This document shows positions 1 through 7,878 of a stretch of 19,240 nucleotides of DNA, piece by piece. Each line of letters begins with the position of its first letter. Positions within the stretch are counted from its first letter, which is position 1. The DNA comes from Chlamydiota bacterium. Lineage in GTDB: Bacteria > Chlamydiota > Chlamydiia > Chlamydiales > RGXB01. A program made the translations under genes and the position numbers. The DNA is taken from positions 1 through 19,240 of the forward strand of contig CANLTW010000021.1 in NCBI GenBank assembly GCA_947494155.1, written 5' to 3'. The notes below the pieces were generated by a model. The model was given only the letters and a program-made list of their open reading frames with translations, was not told the origin of the DNA and made no database searches.

Positions 1-58
1 AATACTATTTTTTAATATATGTATTTTTATAAGAATAAGTGTTTATAAGGGGTTTACT

Positions 59-259
59 GTGTCCATTGTAAAAGTGATTGAAGTGATCAGCGAAGGCAAG
101 ACCATTGAAGAGGCAATCCAATACGCGGTTCATGAAGCAAGCAAGACAGTAAAGGATATCAAACAGGTTGATGTGGATCATATCCACGCTAAAGTGGAAA
201 ACGGGCATATCACCAAGTACCGGATAGATGCGCGTATCAGCTTTGTAGTACACCGCTAA
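59..259 (+). CDS. Dodecin-family small protein
   Basis: 66 aa with a GTG start preceded by AAGGGG. The pattern MSIVKVIEV...EEAI..AV.EASKT..DI...VENG.IT.YR....ISF is typical of dodecins. Confidence 0.85.
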   Translation: MSIVKVIEVISEGKTIEEAIQYAVHEASKTVKDIKQVDVDHIHAKVENGHITKYRIDARISFVVHR

Positions 260-316
260 TTGCGGATTCAAGCTTAAAAAAGCTTATCTTTTTTGACGCC
301 CAACCAAGAACGTTAT

Positions 317-350
317 AAAAAAAAAGCCGTGGTCTATTACCAACCACGGC
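317..350 (-). terminator. Intrinsic terminator of the DEAD-box helicase gene
   Basis: The minus strand reads GCCGTGGT-N9-ACCACGGC followed by T9, about 27 nt after the helicase stop. Confidence 0.85.
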
Positions 351-377
351 CTAAGTTATAAGTTTTTTTAAAAAAGC

Positions 378-2033
378 TTAATAACGGCTTTTTTTAGAGC
401 TTGTGAAAACTTTTTTTCCCCTTTTAGGACCTGTTGGTCTAGAAGGTTTATTTCCTCTTGAAGGCATCTCTAGATCATGTTTACCAAAAGAAAAACTTTT
501 GTTTTTCTTGGCTTTTCCGATCATTTTGAAGCCTGCATCTTTAAATTTATCGTCTCTGAAAAAGGGTTTTTTATCGCCAAACTCTTTTCTTTCACCAAAA
601 GGTCTTCTTTCGCGATCGCCAAACTCTTTTCTTTCACCAAAAGGTCTTCTTTCACGATCGCCAAACTCTTTTCTTTCACCGAAAGGTCTTCTTTCACGAT
701 CGCCGAACTCTTTTCTTTCACCGAAAGGTCTTCTTTCACGATCGCCGAACTCTTTTCTTTCACCGAAAGGTCTTCTTTCACGATCGCCGAACTCTTTTCT
801 TTCACCAAAAGGTCTTCTTTCACGATCGCCGAACTCTTTTCTTTCTCTAGAAAACTTAGGTCTGTCGTGCCCCTTAGAGAAATTTCTTTCCCCTCTTTCC
901 TTGGATCCGCTCTTGTCACCAATAAAAATATCGTAGGATTTGTTCATCATTTTTTCGATCTCTTGGACCACGCCTCTATCTCTTTTAGATGCAAAAGAGT
1001 GCGCCTCACCCTCTGCCCCCGCACGGCCTGTGCGCCCAATACGGTGCACATAGTCCTCTACCTGCTTGGGTAGATCGAAGTTAATGACGTGAGTAATTGT
1101 CGCTACGTCAATACCTCTTGCAGCAACATCAGTAGCAACAAGGAAACGGATTTTTCCAGTTCTTAAATAGCGCAGAGTGCGGTCTCTTTGACGCTGCTTC
1201 ATGTCACCGTGCAGACTAGACGCCTCCAGCCCCTCTTCATTGAGTTTTTCAGCCAACTCCTCCGTAGACATTTTTGTCGAAGCAAAGATGATCGCCTGGT
1301 TTACACCCTCTTTCTGCAGTATTTCTGCAAGTAAGCGGTGCTTGTGAGCGATATCATTGGTATAATAAAAATGTTCTTTGATGTTTTCGACCTCTTTAAC
1401 CTCTTTTTCAATCTCTACTTTGACCGGATCAATAGTAAGATTTTTACAGAGATTTAAGACGGGTCCTTTCAAAGTTGCAGAAAAAAGCAGAGTTTGTCTA
1501 TCAGGATCGGTGTTTGATGCTATCAAATTTACAGGCTCAATAAATCCCATATCCAGCATTCGGTCCGCCTCATCGATGACGAGAACTTGTACAGAGCTCA
1601 AATCGACCTTCTTTTTTTCCATAAGATCGATCAACCGACCAGGGGTTGCAACCAAAATATCGTGTGGTTTGGAGACTTTCTTTACCTGCTCGCTCCAACC
1701 GGCGCCACCAAAAACAACTACCGAATGCACGTGGTCAAGGTTTGCTGAAAACCTTGTAACCTCTTTTTCGATCTGTGCGGCAAGTTCGCGCGTTGGGGAA
1801 AGGATCAAAACTCTCGGGCCCTTCGTGTTTTCCCCTTTTTCGGCCAGCATATGAATAGCAGGAAGGAGGAACGCAGCCGTTTTACCCGTGCCCGTGTCGG
1901 CGCAGGCTAGGACATCTCTGCCCTCAAGAATGTGAGGAATCGCCTCATTTTGAATCGGGGTGGGACTAGAAAAACCTAGCTTCTCCAATCTCTCAAGAAT
2001 TTTTTTATGCAAGTTTAATCTAGTAAAGCCCAT
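378..2033 (-). CDS. DEAD-box ATP-dependent RNA helicase with charged repetitive C-terminal tail
   Basis: Motifs PTPIQ, ADTGTGKT, PTRELA, TPGRL, DEAD, SAT, ARGID and HRIGRTGRAG are present. The ATG at 2033 has GGAG 5 nt upstream and is preferred over the TTG at 2036. Confidence 0.97.
   Translation of the reverse strand: MGFTRLNLHKKILERLEKLGFSSPTPIQNEAIPHILEGRDVLACADTGTGKTAAFLLPAIHMLAEKGENTKGPRVLILSPTRELAAQIEKEVTRFSANLDHVHSVVVFGGAGWSEQVKKVSKPHDILVATPGRLIDLMEKKKVDLSSVQVLVIDEADRMLDMGFIEPVNLIASNTDPDRQTLLFSATLKGPVLNLCKNLTIDPVKVEIEKEVKEVENIKEHFYYTNDIAHKHRLLAEILQKEGVNQAIIFASTKMSTEELAEKLNEEGLEASSLHGDMKQRQRDRTLRYLRTGKIRFLVATDVAARGIDVATITHVINFDLPKQVEDYVHRIGRTGRAGAEGEAHSFASKRDRGVVQEIEKMMNKSYDIFIGDKSGSKERGERNFSKGHDRPKFSRERKEFGDRERRPFGERKEFGDRERRPFGERKEFGDRERRPFGERKEFGDRERRPFGERKEFGDRERRPFGERKEFGDRERRPFGERKEFGDKKPFFRDDKFKDAGFKMIGKAKKNKSFSFGKHDLEMPSRGNKPSRPTGPKRGKKVFTSSKKSRY
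573..845 (-). repeat. 42-bp coding tandem repeat x6.5 (ERKEFGDRERRPFG)
   Basis: 273 bp = 6.5 x 42 bp. The units differ only at synonymous positions (e.g. TTC/TTT, CGT/CGC). Confidence 0.97.
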
Positions 2034-2236
2034 CAAGTCTCCATAATAGGCATCTACTATACTTTTTAATCCCCTTAAAAGACATACCTTTTTAGGAAAA
2101 AAGGAAATATATCTCTCCTTACCCCCTTATTGACCAACTATTTAAGTAAAATTTTTACTACTCTATTTTTAACCTATTGATATCTAGACAGCTAAAATCC
2201 AACCCTTTTTTTGACAAATTAATTTTTTATTCACAC

Positions 2237-2265
2237 TTGCGCTAATTGGTATAAAATTTTATAAT
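2237..2265 (+). promoter_or_regulatory. Putative sigma70/sigma66 promoter for the 2299 gene
   Basis: TTGCGC (2237-2242)-N17-TATAAT (2260-2265), with a GAGG ribosome-binding site at 2290-2293. Confidence 0.6.
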
Positions 2266-2298
2266 TTTACCTTAGTTCTAAAAGCAGTTGAGGATAAA

Positions 2299-3312
2299 AT
2301 GATCCCCCCTTTAGCCCCCTTGGCCAGGAGTTTGCCCAACAGGACACCACTTTTCCTAGCTAAAGCTCCCTCTCTAAAGGGTTTTTTTTCATCTGCCTAC
2401 AGGCCGGCATCGTTGGATAATTATGCTTCTAACAGACACATTCTGTGCCGGTTAAATTTTGGACATGTTTGCAGATTGTTTCATGATTCGACAAATTCCT
2501 CTGGGGAACTGCATAAGAACGGGGGGTTTGATCGGTACCTCATAAAGGATCTTATAGCAATTTTCCAATTCCCCTATTCCCCTAACCTTTCGGTACGTGA
2601 GAATCTCAAAAAAGCCCCCAACACCCTTCAAAAACAGATCAGCTTTTTGATTTGTATGGAGAATCTGGCACAATTAAAAAAAGAAGAGGGGTTTAATTTT
2701 CAAGATATTCAAGAAAACCCCCTCCTCTCTAAGCAGATTTTTGAAGCCCAAAACCTCAGTCTGTTCAAATTTCCACAGGCTGTTATTGATATTTTAAACG
2801 GCCCCTCTTCTCCTTTAAAAGAAAAAGTAGCAGATGAGATCTCCAAACTTCATGATTTTCAACTTGAATCTTTTTCCCCTATTTTTCAAAAAAACCCTGC
2901 AATTTTAGAAAAGTTATGCGCGTCTCAAATCATAAAAGCCCGCCAAATCTCGCTTAGTTTTTTTCTGTCCCACGACGCTTTAATGGATTTTGTCAAAAAG
3001 CAACCTCAAACCGCTCTCGAGTTTCTCATGGAAAATCTGCGTAATAAGGATCTATTCACTAAAGAAGAGCTCTTATCGATTGCCCAGGCGCACAAGAACC
3101 CCTATGCGTTTACTAAATTCTTCCTTTTTGATCCTAAATCCCTAAAGGTTTTGGACGAGATGGCAAAAAACTCCCCCTCTATAGATACTCGCCAAGAATA
3201 TGCTAGAATCCACAAGGACAAAAAACTTGGGAAAACAGCATCTACGCTATGTAAAATGTTTATTGTAGCAAACTTGCTCATCCTGGGCGCAGTACTTAAA
3301 GAGGGCTCCTAG
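2299..3312 (+). CDS. Hypothetical protein, candidate secreted effector (basic/Ser/Pro-rich N-terminus, C-terminal hydrophobic helix)
   Basis: 337-aa ORF with an RBS, a promoter and a downstream terminator. No family recognised. Confidence 0.8.
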   Translation: MIPPLAPLARSLPNRTPLFLAKAPSLKGFFSSAYRPASLDNYASNRHILCRLNFGHVCRLFHDSTNSSGELHKNGGFDRYLIKDLIAIFQFPYSPNLSVRENLKKAPNTLQKQISFLICMENLAQLKKEEGFNFQDIQENPLLSKQIFEAQNLSLFKFPQAVIDILNGPSSPLKEKVADEISKLHDFQLESFSPIFQKNPAILEKLCASQIIKARQISLSFFLSHDALMDFVKKQPQTALEFLMENLRNKDLFTKEELLSIAQAHKNPYAFTKFFLFDPKSLKVLDEMAKNSPSIDTRQEYARIHKDKKLGKTASTLCKMFIVANLLILGAVLKEGS

Positions 3313-3440
3313 CGCATTAAGATATAATGCTATAATCGAGTTTGTTTTTTTATCATTCGAACTCATCCCGTGTACAAATTTTTTTCACTGGTTTTTACTT
3401 AAAAACATTTTTGAAAAAAACTTTTACCCGTGAATAGGAC

Positions 3441-3473
3441 TTCCCCCTCTTCAAAAAAGGGGGAAATTTTTTT
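3441..3473 (+). terminator. Intrinsic terminator between the convergent 2299 gene and phoH-like gene
   Basis: TTCCCCCT-N9-AGGGGGAA followed by ATTTTTTT. Confidence 0.7.
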
Positions 3474-4776
3474 ACATCCTTGAGGCCTCGAGAGCCAATG
3501 CCGATCTCTCTACTGCTTGTAAGTAGGAGTAGGCAGCTATCGGACTATTGGCAAAATGGGAGGTCACCTCTGATAGTCCATTTGAGTAACGGTTCAGGTT
3601 TTTTGCGTCGATTTGCTCTATATCACCAATCAAGATAACTTTGGTTCCTATACCCGAACGGGAGATCAGAGTCTTGATTTCGTGAGGAGAGCAATTTTGA
3701 CACTCGTCAATAATAAGAATGGATCTCTGGAATGAACGACCTCTCATGTGAGCAATCGCCTCCATTTTAATCTTGGGTTGATTGCTTACCCATTCGGCCA
3801 CATCGCCCACATCCTCATTTCTAGCCTCTTTGATCGTCTCTATATTATCAAAATAGGCACCAAATAAAGGTTTTAACTTGTCTTGGGCAGTACCTGGCAG
3901 GTGACCGATATCGGGACCCAACGAGTGCACCGGACGGGTAACAATCAGATGTTTGTAAATTCCCTTATCAAATACCATCTCAAAGGCTGCCGCCATAGCC
4001 AAAAGGGTTTTCCCCGTACCAGCTCTACCAATAAGTGAAACGAGCGGGATATCCTCTGATAAAAGCATATCTAGAGCAATCTCTTGCTCTATATTTTTTG
4101 GTAAAATTCCTCTAGCAACCTTAGATCCTTTGCGACGTATGGGGAACAATTTTTGCTCCCTTGGATGAAAGCGACATAAAAGCTGGGAGTTTTCCTTTGC
4201 CAAAAGCAACACATACTCATTGTTAAAAAAGGTTTCGTTTGGCAATTGGACAAACCCGTCTATATAAGAGTGGTCTATCACCGACTTATCGACATGGATA
4301 GTGCGCATTCTGGAAACGGGATCAATATCTTTTCTGGGAGGTTGAAAATCGTTAGCCTCAATTCCCAAAACCTCTAAAGAAAGGCGTGTCGCTACCGATC
4401 TTGAGACGACAACTAAATTATCTACCTCATCTTTCAGAGCAAATGCTAGATGTATAATACGATTATGCGGAAGATCCGAGAGGTGCGGCAGCCTTTTTTT
4501 ATCAATAGAGCCTATAAGTGTATCTACCCTTACAAGGATCTCGTCTTCAATAATCACCCCGTGGTTGATGTCGCCTGTTTTCGAAAGTTCGCTCAAAAAC
4601 TGGAGCTGGTCGCGGGCGATAATACCGTAATCGGTTTTTTGCCCCACATGTTTGTCGAGATCATCGATAACAAAGCTGGGAATTACCACATTTGAGCGCT
4701 TAAAGTGTTGAATTACATCCACATCGTATAACAGAACAGTCGAATCAAGAAGAAAAGTTTTGCGCCCGTGGCCCAT
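3472..4776 (-). CDS. phoH: PhoH-family ATPase with N-terminal PIN-like domain (CT015-like)
   Basis: N-terminal FLLDSTVLLYD...IPSFVIDDLD (PIN-like), Walker A GRAGTGKT, the PhoH motifs IGHLPG and MRGRS, Walker B IIDECQN, and GDIEQID. GGAG RBS upstream. Confidence 0.92.
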   Translation of the reverse strand: MGHGRKTFLLDSTVLLYDVDVIQHFKRSNVVIPSFVIDDLDKHVGQKTDYGIIARDQLQFLSELSKTGDINHGVIIEDEILVRVDTLIGSIDKKRLPHLSDLPHNRIIHLAFALKDEVDNLVVVSRSVATRLSLEVLGIEANDFQPPRKDIDPVSRMRTIHVDKSVIDHSYIDGFVQLPNETFFNNEYVLLLAKENSQLLCRFHPREQKLFPIRRKGSKVARGILPKNIEQEIALDMLLSEDIPLVSLIGRAGTGKTLLAMAAAFEMVFDKGIYKHLIVTRPVHSLGPDIGHLPGTAQDKLKPLFGAYFDNIETIKEARNEDVGDVAEWVSNQPKIKMEAIAHMRGRSFQRSILIIDECQNCSPHEIKTLISRSGIGTKVILIGDIEQIDAKNLNRYSNGLSEVTSHFANSPIAAYSYLQAVERSALALEASRM

Positions 4777-4847
4777 TCAAACTCCTTTGTTTGTTACCTT
4801 GCCTTATGACCCCTTTTGCATGCTAAAATCAAGAGAAAAAATCGAGT

Positions 4848-4877
4848 TTGACAAGGTCGCTTGGAATTGGGTATAGT
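4848..4877 (+). promoter_or_regulatory. Putative sigma70/sigma66 promoter for the CT016-like gene
   Basis: TTGACA (4848-4853)-N18-TATAGT (4872-4877), 25 nt upstream of the ATG at 4903. Confidence 0.6.
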
Positions 4878-4902
4878 TTTTTAAGGAAACTTTGAATAGC
4901 TC

Positions 4903-5652
4903 ATGAAAATCAACCAGAGAGTGTTGCACATCCCTCCCTACATCTCCTGCAAGTGGAGTGAAATCGCTTCTATTGGGGTCGAGACCATTGAGGGCAAGGA
5001 TTTGCTGCATGTGCAGCTCCTTTCCGGGGCAAAAGCCACCGTTTTAAACCTTACCAAGGATGAAATCGACCTGATTTTCAAAATGCACATCCATCACCTT
5101 GAAGAGGTAGCCGACGAAGAGGAAAAATTTAAAAACGTCAAAGAGATCCCCTTTTTTTCTAATCTTTTTCAGGCTCCTCCCATGGATGCCAACGTCGCCA
5201 CCTCATTTGGCGCTCCTATCTCCTTCCACCTTGATGCAAATGACCCAAGCTCCCTTTTTCAAGGGCACAATCCCCAATTTTCCCAATCTCCTCCCCTTCC
5301 TAAAGAAATCCTCGACAAAATCACCCTTATAGCCAAAGCAATCGGGGGAGATATGATTAAAGAGGTGGAACCTGTAGAGCTTTGCAACTGCTTTTTTTGC
5401 CAAATAGCTCGTGCACTAAAAAATGAACGGACTGAACATAAAAAACCATATGTCCCAAAAAACCTCCCCAAAGATTTACTTAGGGGGGGCATAGATCCCG
5501 AATGGATGGTTGAAGAGGTAGGGCCAAATATGTTTCGAGTAGTGAGTCGTGAAGAGCCTGATGTGACCTATCAGGTCTACCTTGGAGAACCGATTGGCTG
5601 CTCCTGCGGCTCGAATCGTTGTCAACACATCATAGCTGCATTAAAAAGCTAA
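4903..5652 (+). CDS. Chlamydial conserved protein (CT016-like) with CxCxxC and C-terminal SWIM-type Zn finger
   Basis: N-terminus MKINQRVLHIPPYIS..W..I, CNCFFCQIA, and YQVYLGEPIGCSCG...CQHIIAAL. Divergent from the phoH-like gene, as in the chlamydial CT015-CT016-CT017 block. Confidence 0.85.
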   Translation: MKINQRVLHIPPYISCKWSEIASIGVETIEGKDLLHVQLLSGAKATVLNLTKDEIDLIFKMHIHHLEEVADEEEKFKNVKEIPFFSNLFQAPPMDANVATSFGAPISFHLDANDPSSLFQGHNPQFSQSPPLPKEILDKITLIAKAIGGDMIKEVEPVELCNCFFCQIARALKNERTEHKKPYVPKNLPKDLLRGGIDPEWMVEEVGPNMFRVVSREEPDVTYQVYLGEPIGCSCGSNRCQHIIAALKS

Positions 5653-5938
5653 TAGATTTATTAGCATGCTCTTTTACAACACTCTTTCTTCAAAAACAGA
5701 TTGATTCAAATTTTCCCTTTCATTACAATTTTCATTACGAAAAAATTTTTTGTAGACCTTTAGACATTTCTAAGCGCATCAAAACAAAAGGCTCTTTGAA
5801 GCTATTTTGGAGAGAAAAAACAGCTATTTTTTAGTGTAATTAATTAAGAAACAACTTGGAGATAGGTTTTTCAGCAAAAAACGCTAGAGAGAAAAGCTGA
5901 AAAACTCATAGAATGTTGTTATTCAAGGAGTTTTAGGT

Positions 5939-7234
5939 ATGCGAAGCGTTTTTTCCTGCTTGGGTTTACTCACCGTTTCTACCCTGCTGATCGCTGAGGA
6001 CGCAAATCAAAAAAAGGGGGCCTCAAAAGATGTGGCCGTCACCTCAACTGTACAAAAGTCTACCCCGATCAAACAGGCTAAACCCCAAGACCAGGCTGAA
6101 AAAGTTTCCCATTTTAAAGCATTTACTGGAAAAGTTGTCGGAAACAGTGTGCGTCTTCGTCTTTCATCCGAACTAGACAGCCCTATCATCAAAGAACTCA
6201 CGAAAGGGGATCTTCTGGTGGTCACGGGTGAAAAAAATGAGTTTTATGCTGTTGAGCCACTCCAGGACATGCACGCCTACATTTTTAGAAGCTTAGTGCT
6301 TGATGGTGTCATCGAGGGAAATCGTGTCAACGTGCGTCTATTACCCGATTTGGAATCCCCTATTGTTGGACACCTGAGTGCGGGTGACAAAGTTGAAGGG
6401 AAGATTTGTGAAAAGCAACCTAAATGGCTAGAAATCTCAGTACCCAACAAAACACGTTTTTACGTTGCTAAGGAGTATGTCGATTATGCTGGTGGTCCAG
6501 AGCTCAAGGCAATTCGAGACCGCAAAAAAATCGAACTCGCTAAGCACATGGAAAAAACAGAAAGTTTTACGCAATTAGAAATGTGTAAACCGTTCAATGA
6601 GATTGAGTTCGAGAAAGTAGCACACAATTACCAACTTGTATCCTCTGAGTATAAAGATTTTCCTGAGTCGATTGAAAAGGCAAAAACGAAGCTTGGTGAA
6701 ATGCAAGATCTTTATTTGCAAAAGAAACTTGCCTACCTTGAATCCAAAGCGAATCAGATTTCCAAAGAGATAGCGCGAAAAGAGCAAAAAGGGGCTGAAG
6801 AGACTCCTGTTATGAAACAGCGCCCCCGTCAAGAGGGAATACCAGCCGTTTCAGCCAATGAGATTGCCCAACAACAGCAAAACCAAACAAAGGCAGCTCT
6901 GCCCCCTATAGCTAATCCAAGCTGGGAGCCTATCGAAGAGAACCTTTATCTCTCTTGGGCCATGAGCCATCGTAACAAGTCTATTGAAGACTTTTACCAA
7001 GACCAAAAACTCCGTTCTTTCAAGATCTCCGGAGTGTTAGAATCGTACGTGGATCCAGTAAGGAATAAACCGGGCGATTTTATCATTCGTGATAGAGACT
7101 GCCCTGTTGGTTATGCATATTCAACACTCGTGGATCTAAAACCCCACATTGGAAAACCGGTGACCTTTCATGTAGCCTCTAGAACGAATAATCACTTTGC
7201 ATTTCCTGCTTATTTTGTCCTTAGTGTAGAATAA
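5939..7234 (+). CDS. Exported tandem bacterial SH3-domain protein (CT017/Ctad1-like)
   Basis: Signal peptide, two SH3b-like units (GNSVRLRLSSELDSPII..L.KGD and GNRVNVRLLPDLESPIV..L..GD), a coiled region, and C-terminal NHFAFPAYFVLSVE. AAGGAG RBS. Confidence 0.88.
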   Translation: MRSVFSCLGLLTVSTLLIAEDANQKKGASKDVAVTSTVQKSTPIKQAKPQDQAEKVSHFKAFTGKVVGNSVRLRLSSELDSPIIKELTKGDLLVVTGEKNEFYAVEPLQDMHAYIFRSLVLDGVIEGNRVNVRLLPDLESPIVGHLSAGDKVEGKICEKQPKWLEISVPNKTRFYVAKEYVDYAGGPELKAIRDRKKIELAKHMEKTESFTQLEMCKPFNEIEFEKVAHNYQLVSSEYKDFPESIEKAKTKLGEMQDLYLQKKLAYLESKANQISKEIARKEQKGAEETPVMKQRPRQEGIPAVSANEIAQQQQNQTKAALPPIANPSWEPIEENLYLSWAMSHRNKSIEDFYQDQKLRSFKISGVLESYVDPVRNKPGDFIIRDRDCPVGYAYSTLVDLKPHIGKPVTFHVASRTNNHFAFPAYFVLSVE

Positions 7235-7259
7235 GACTCTTCACAAAAGACAACTTATG

Positions 7260-7292
7260 AAAAGTCGGTTCGTGGTAACCGACTTTTTTTTT
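7260..7292 (+). terminator. Intrinsic terminator after the SH3 protein gene
   Basis: AAAAGTCGGTT-CGTGGT-AACCGACTTTT, continuing into a T9 run. Confidence 0.88.
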
Positions 7293-7313
7293 GATGCTAA
7301 ACTCCCGATAACT

Positions 7314-7865
7314 ATGACTCTTCAAGATCTGCGCGATGAGCTGTTTGCCATCGACCTCGAAATCCAAACGCTGCACCTAAAAAAACAGTCTCTAATATAT
7401 CAGATAGCAGAAGCTAAAAAAGGGGTGACTCCCCTGTTTTCTCCCGATGTAGAAAAAGAGAAGGAAAAAAAACTTCTTTTTTGTTTAAAAAAAGAGATCA
7501 AAAAAGCCTTTATAGGCTCTTGTGCTTTGCAGCTACAGAAGACGGCTCCTAATCCAAATTTTGGAGTAGATTCTACTGCGAAAGATTTAGAGTGGCTAAA
7601 AAAATACGCCCCCGGTAGAGGATCGCAAACCAGATTTCTTTTCACTCTTTACCCTAAAGAGACCCAGGAGTTTGTACCCGTTGTAGTTTTAAAAAAACTT
7701 GAAAAGCACCTGATAGGTTCATGCATAGCGTGTGTTGTTTCCACAAATAAAACCTTTTTTAGAAAAAAAATCTCCCTTTATGGAAATAACCCCAGTGACC
7801 TTGCGATTGTCGCCTGCTTCCTAGAAAACCTAGCAGCTTCTGTCAAAACCGAGAGATATTTTTAA
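7314..7865 (+). CDS. Divergent AroQ-type chorismate mutase domain fused to an unknown C-terminal region
   Basis: LQDLRDEL..ID.EI..L..K..L...IA..K....P...P.VE...SCALQ follows the AroQ/PheA CM spacing. The start is moved from 7257 to the ATG at 7314 because 7260-7292 is a terminator and the domain begins at 7314. Confidence 0.6.
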   Translation: MTLQDLRDELFAIDLEIQTLHLKKQSLIYQIAEAKKGVTPLFSPDVEKEKEKKLLFCLKKEIKKAFIGSCALQLQKTAPNPNFGVDSTAKDLEWLKKYAPGRGSQTRFLFTLYPKETQEFVPVVVLKKLEKHLIGSCIACVVSTNKTFFRKKISLYGNNPSDLAIVACFLENLAASVKTERYF

Positions 7866-7878
7866 AACAAGATAGATC

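Noticed and set aside
573..845. Possible CRISPR array
   Set aside because: The units are contiguous with no unique spacers, lie in frame within a CDS, and no cas genes are present.
403..1073. Repetitive ORFs 403-936 (+), 477-1073 (+) and 521-922 (-)
   Set aside because: These are shadow frames kept open by the stop-free 42-bp repeat of the helicase. Unit differences are synonymous in the helicase frame.
7257..7313. N-terminal extension of the chorismate-mutase-like ORF
   Set aside because: It overlaps a strong intrinsic terminator, and the domain similarity starts at Met 7314.
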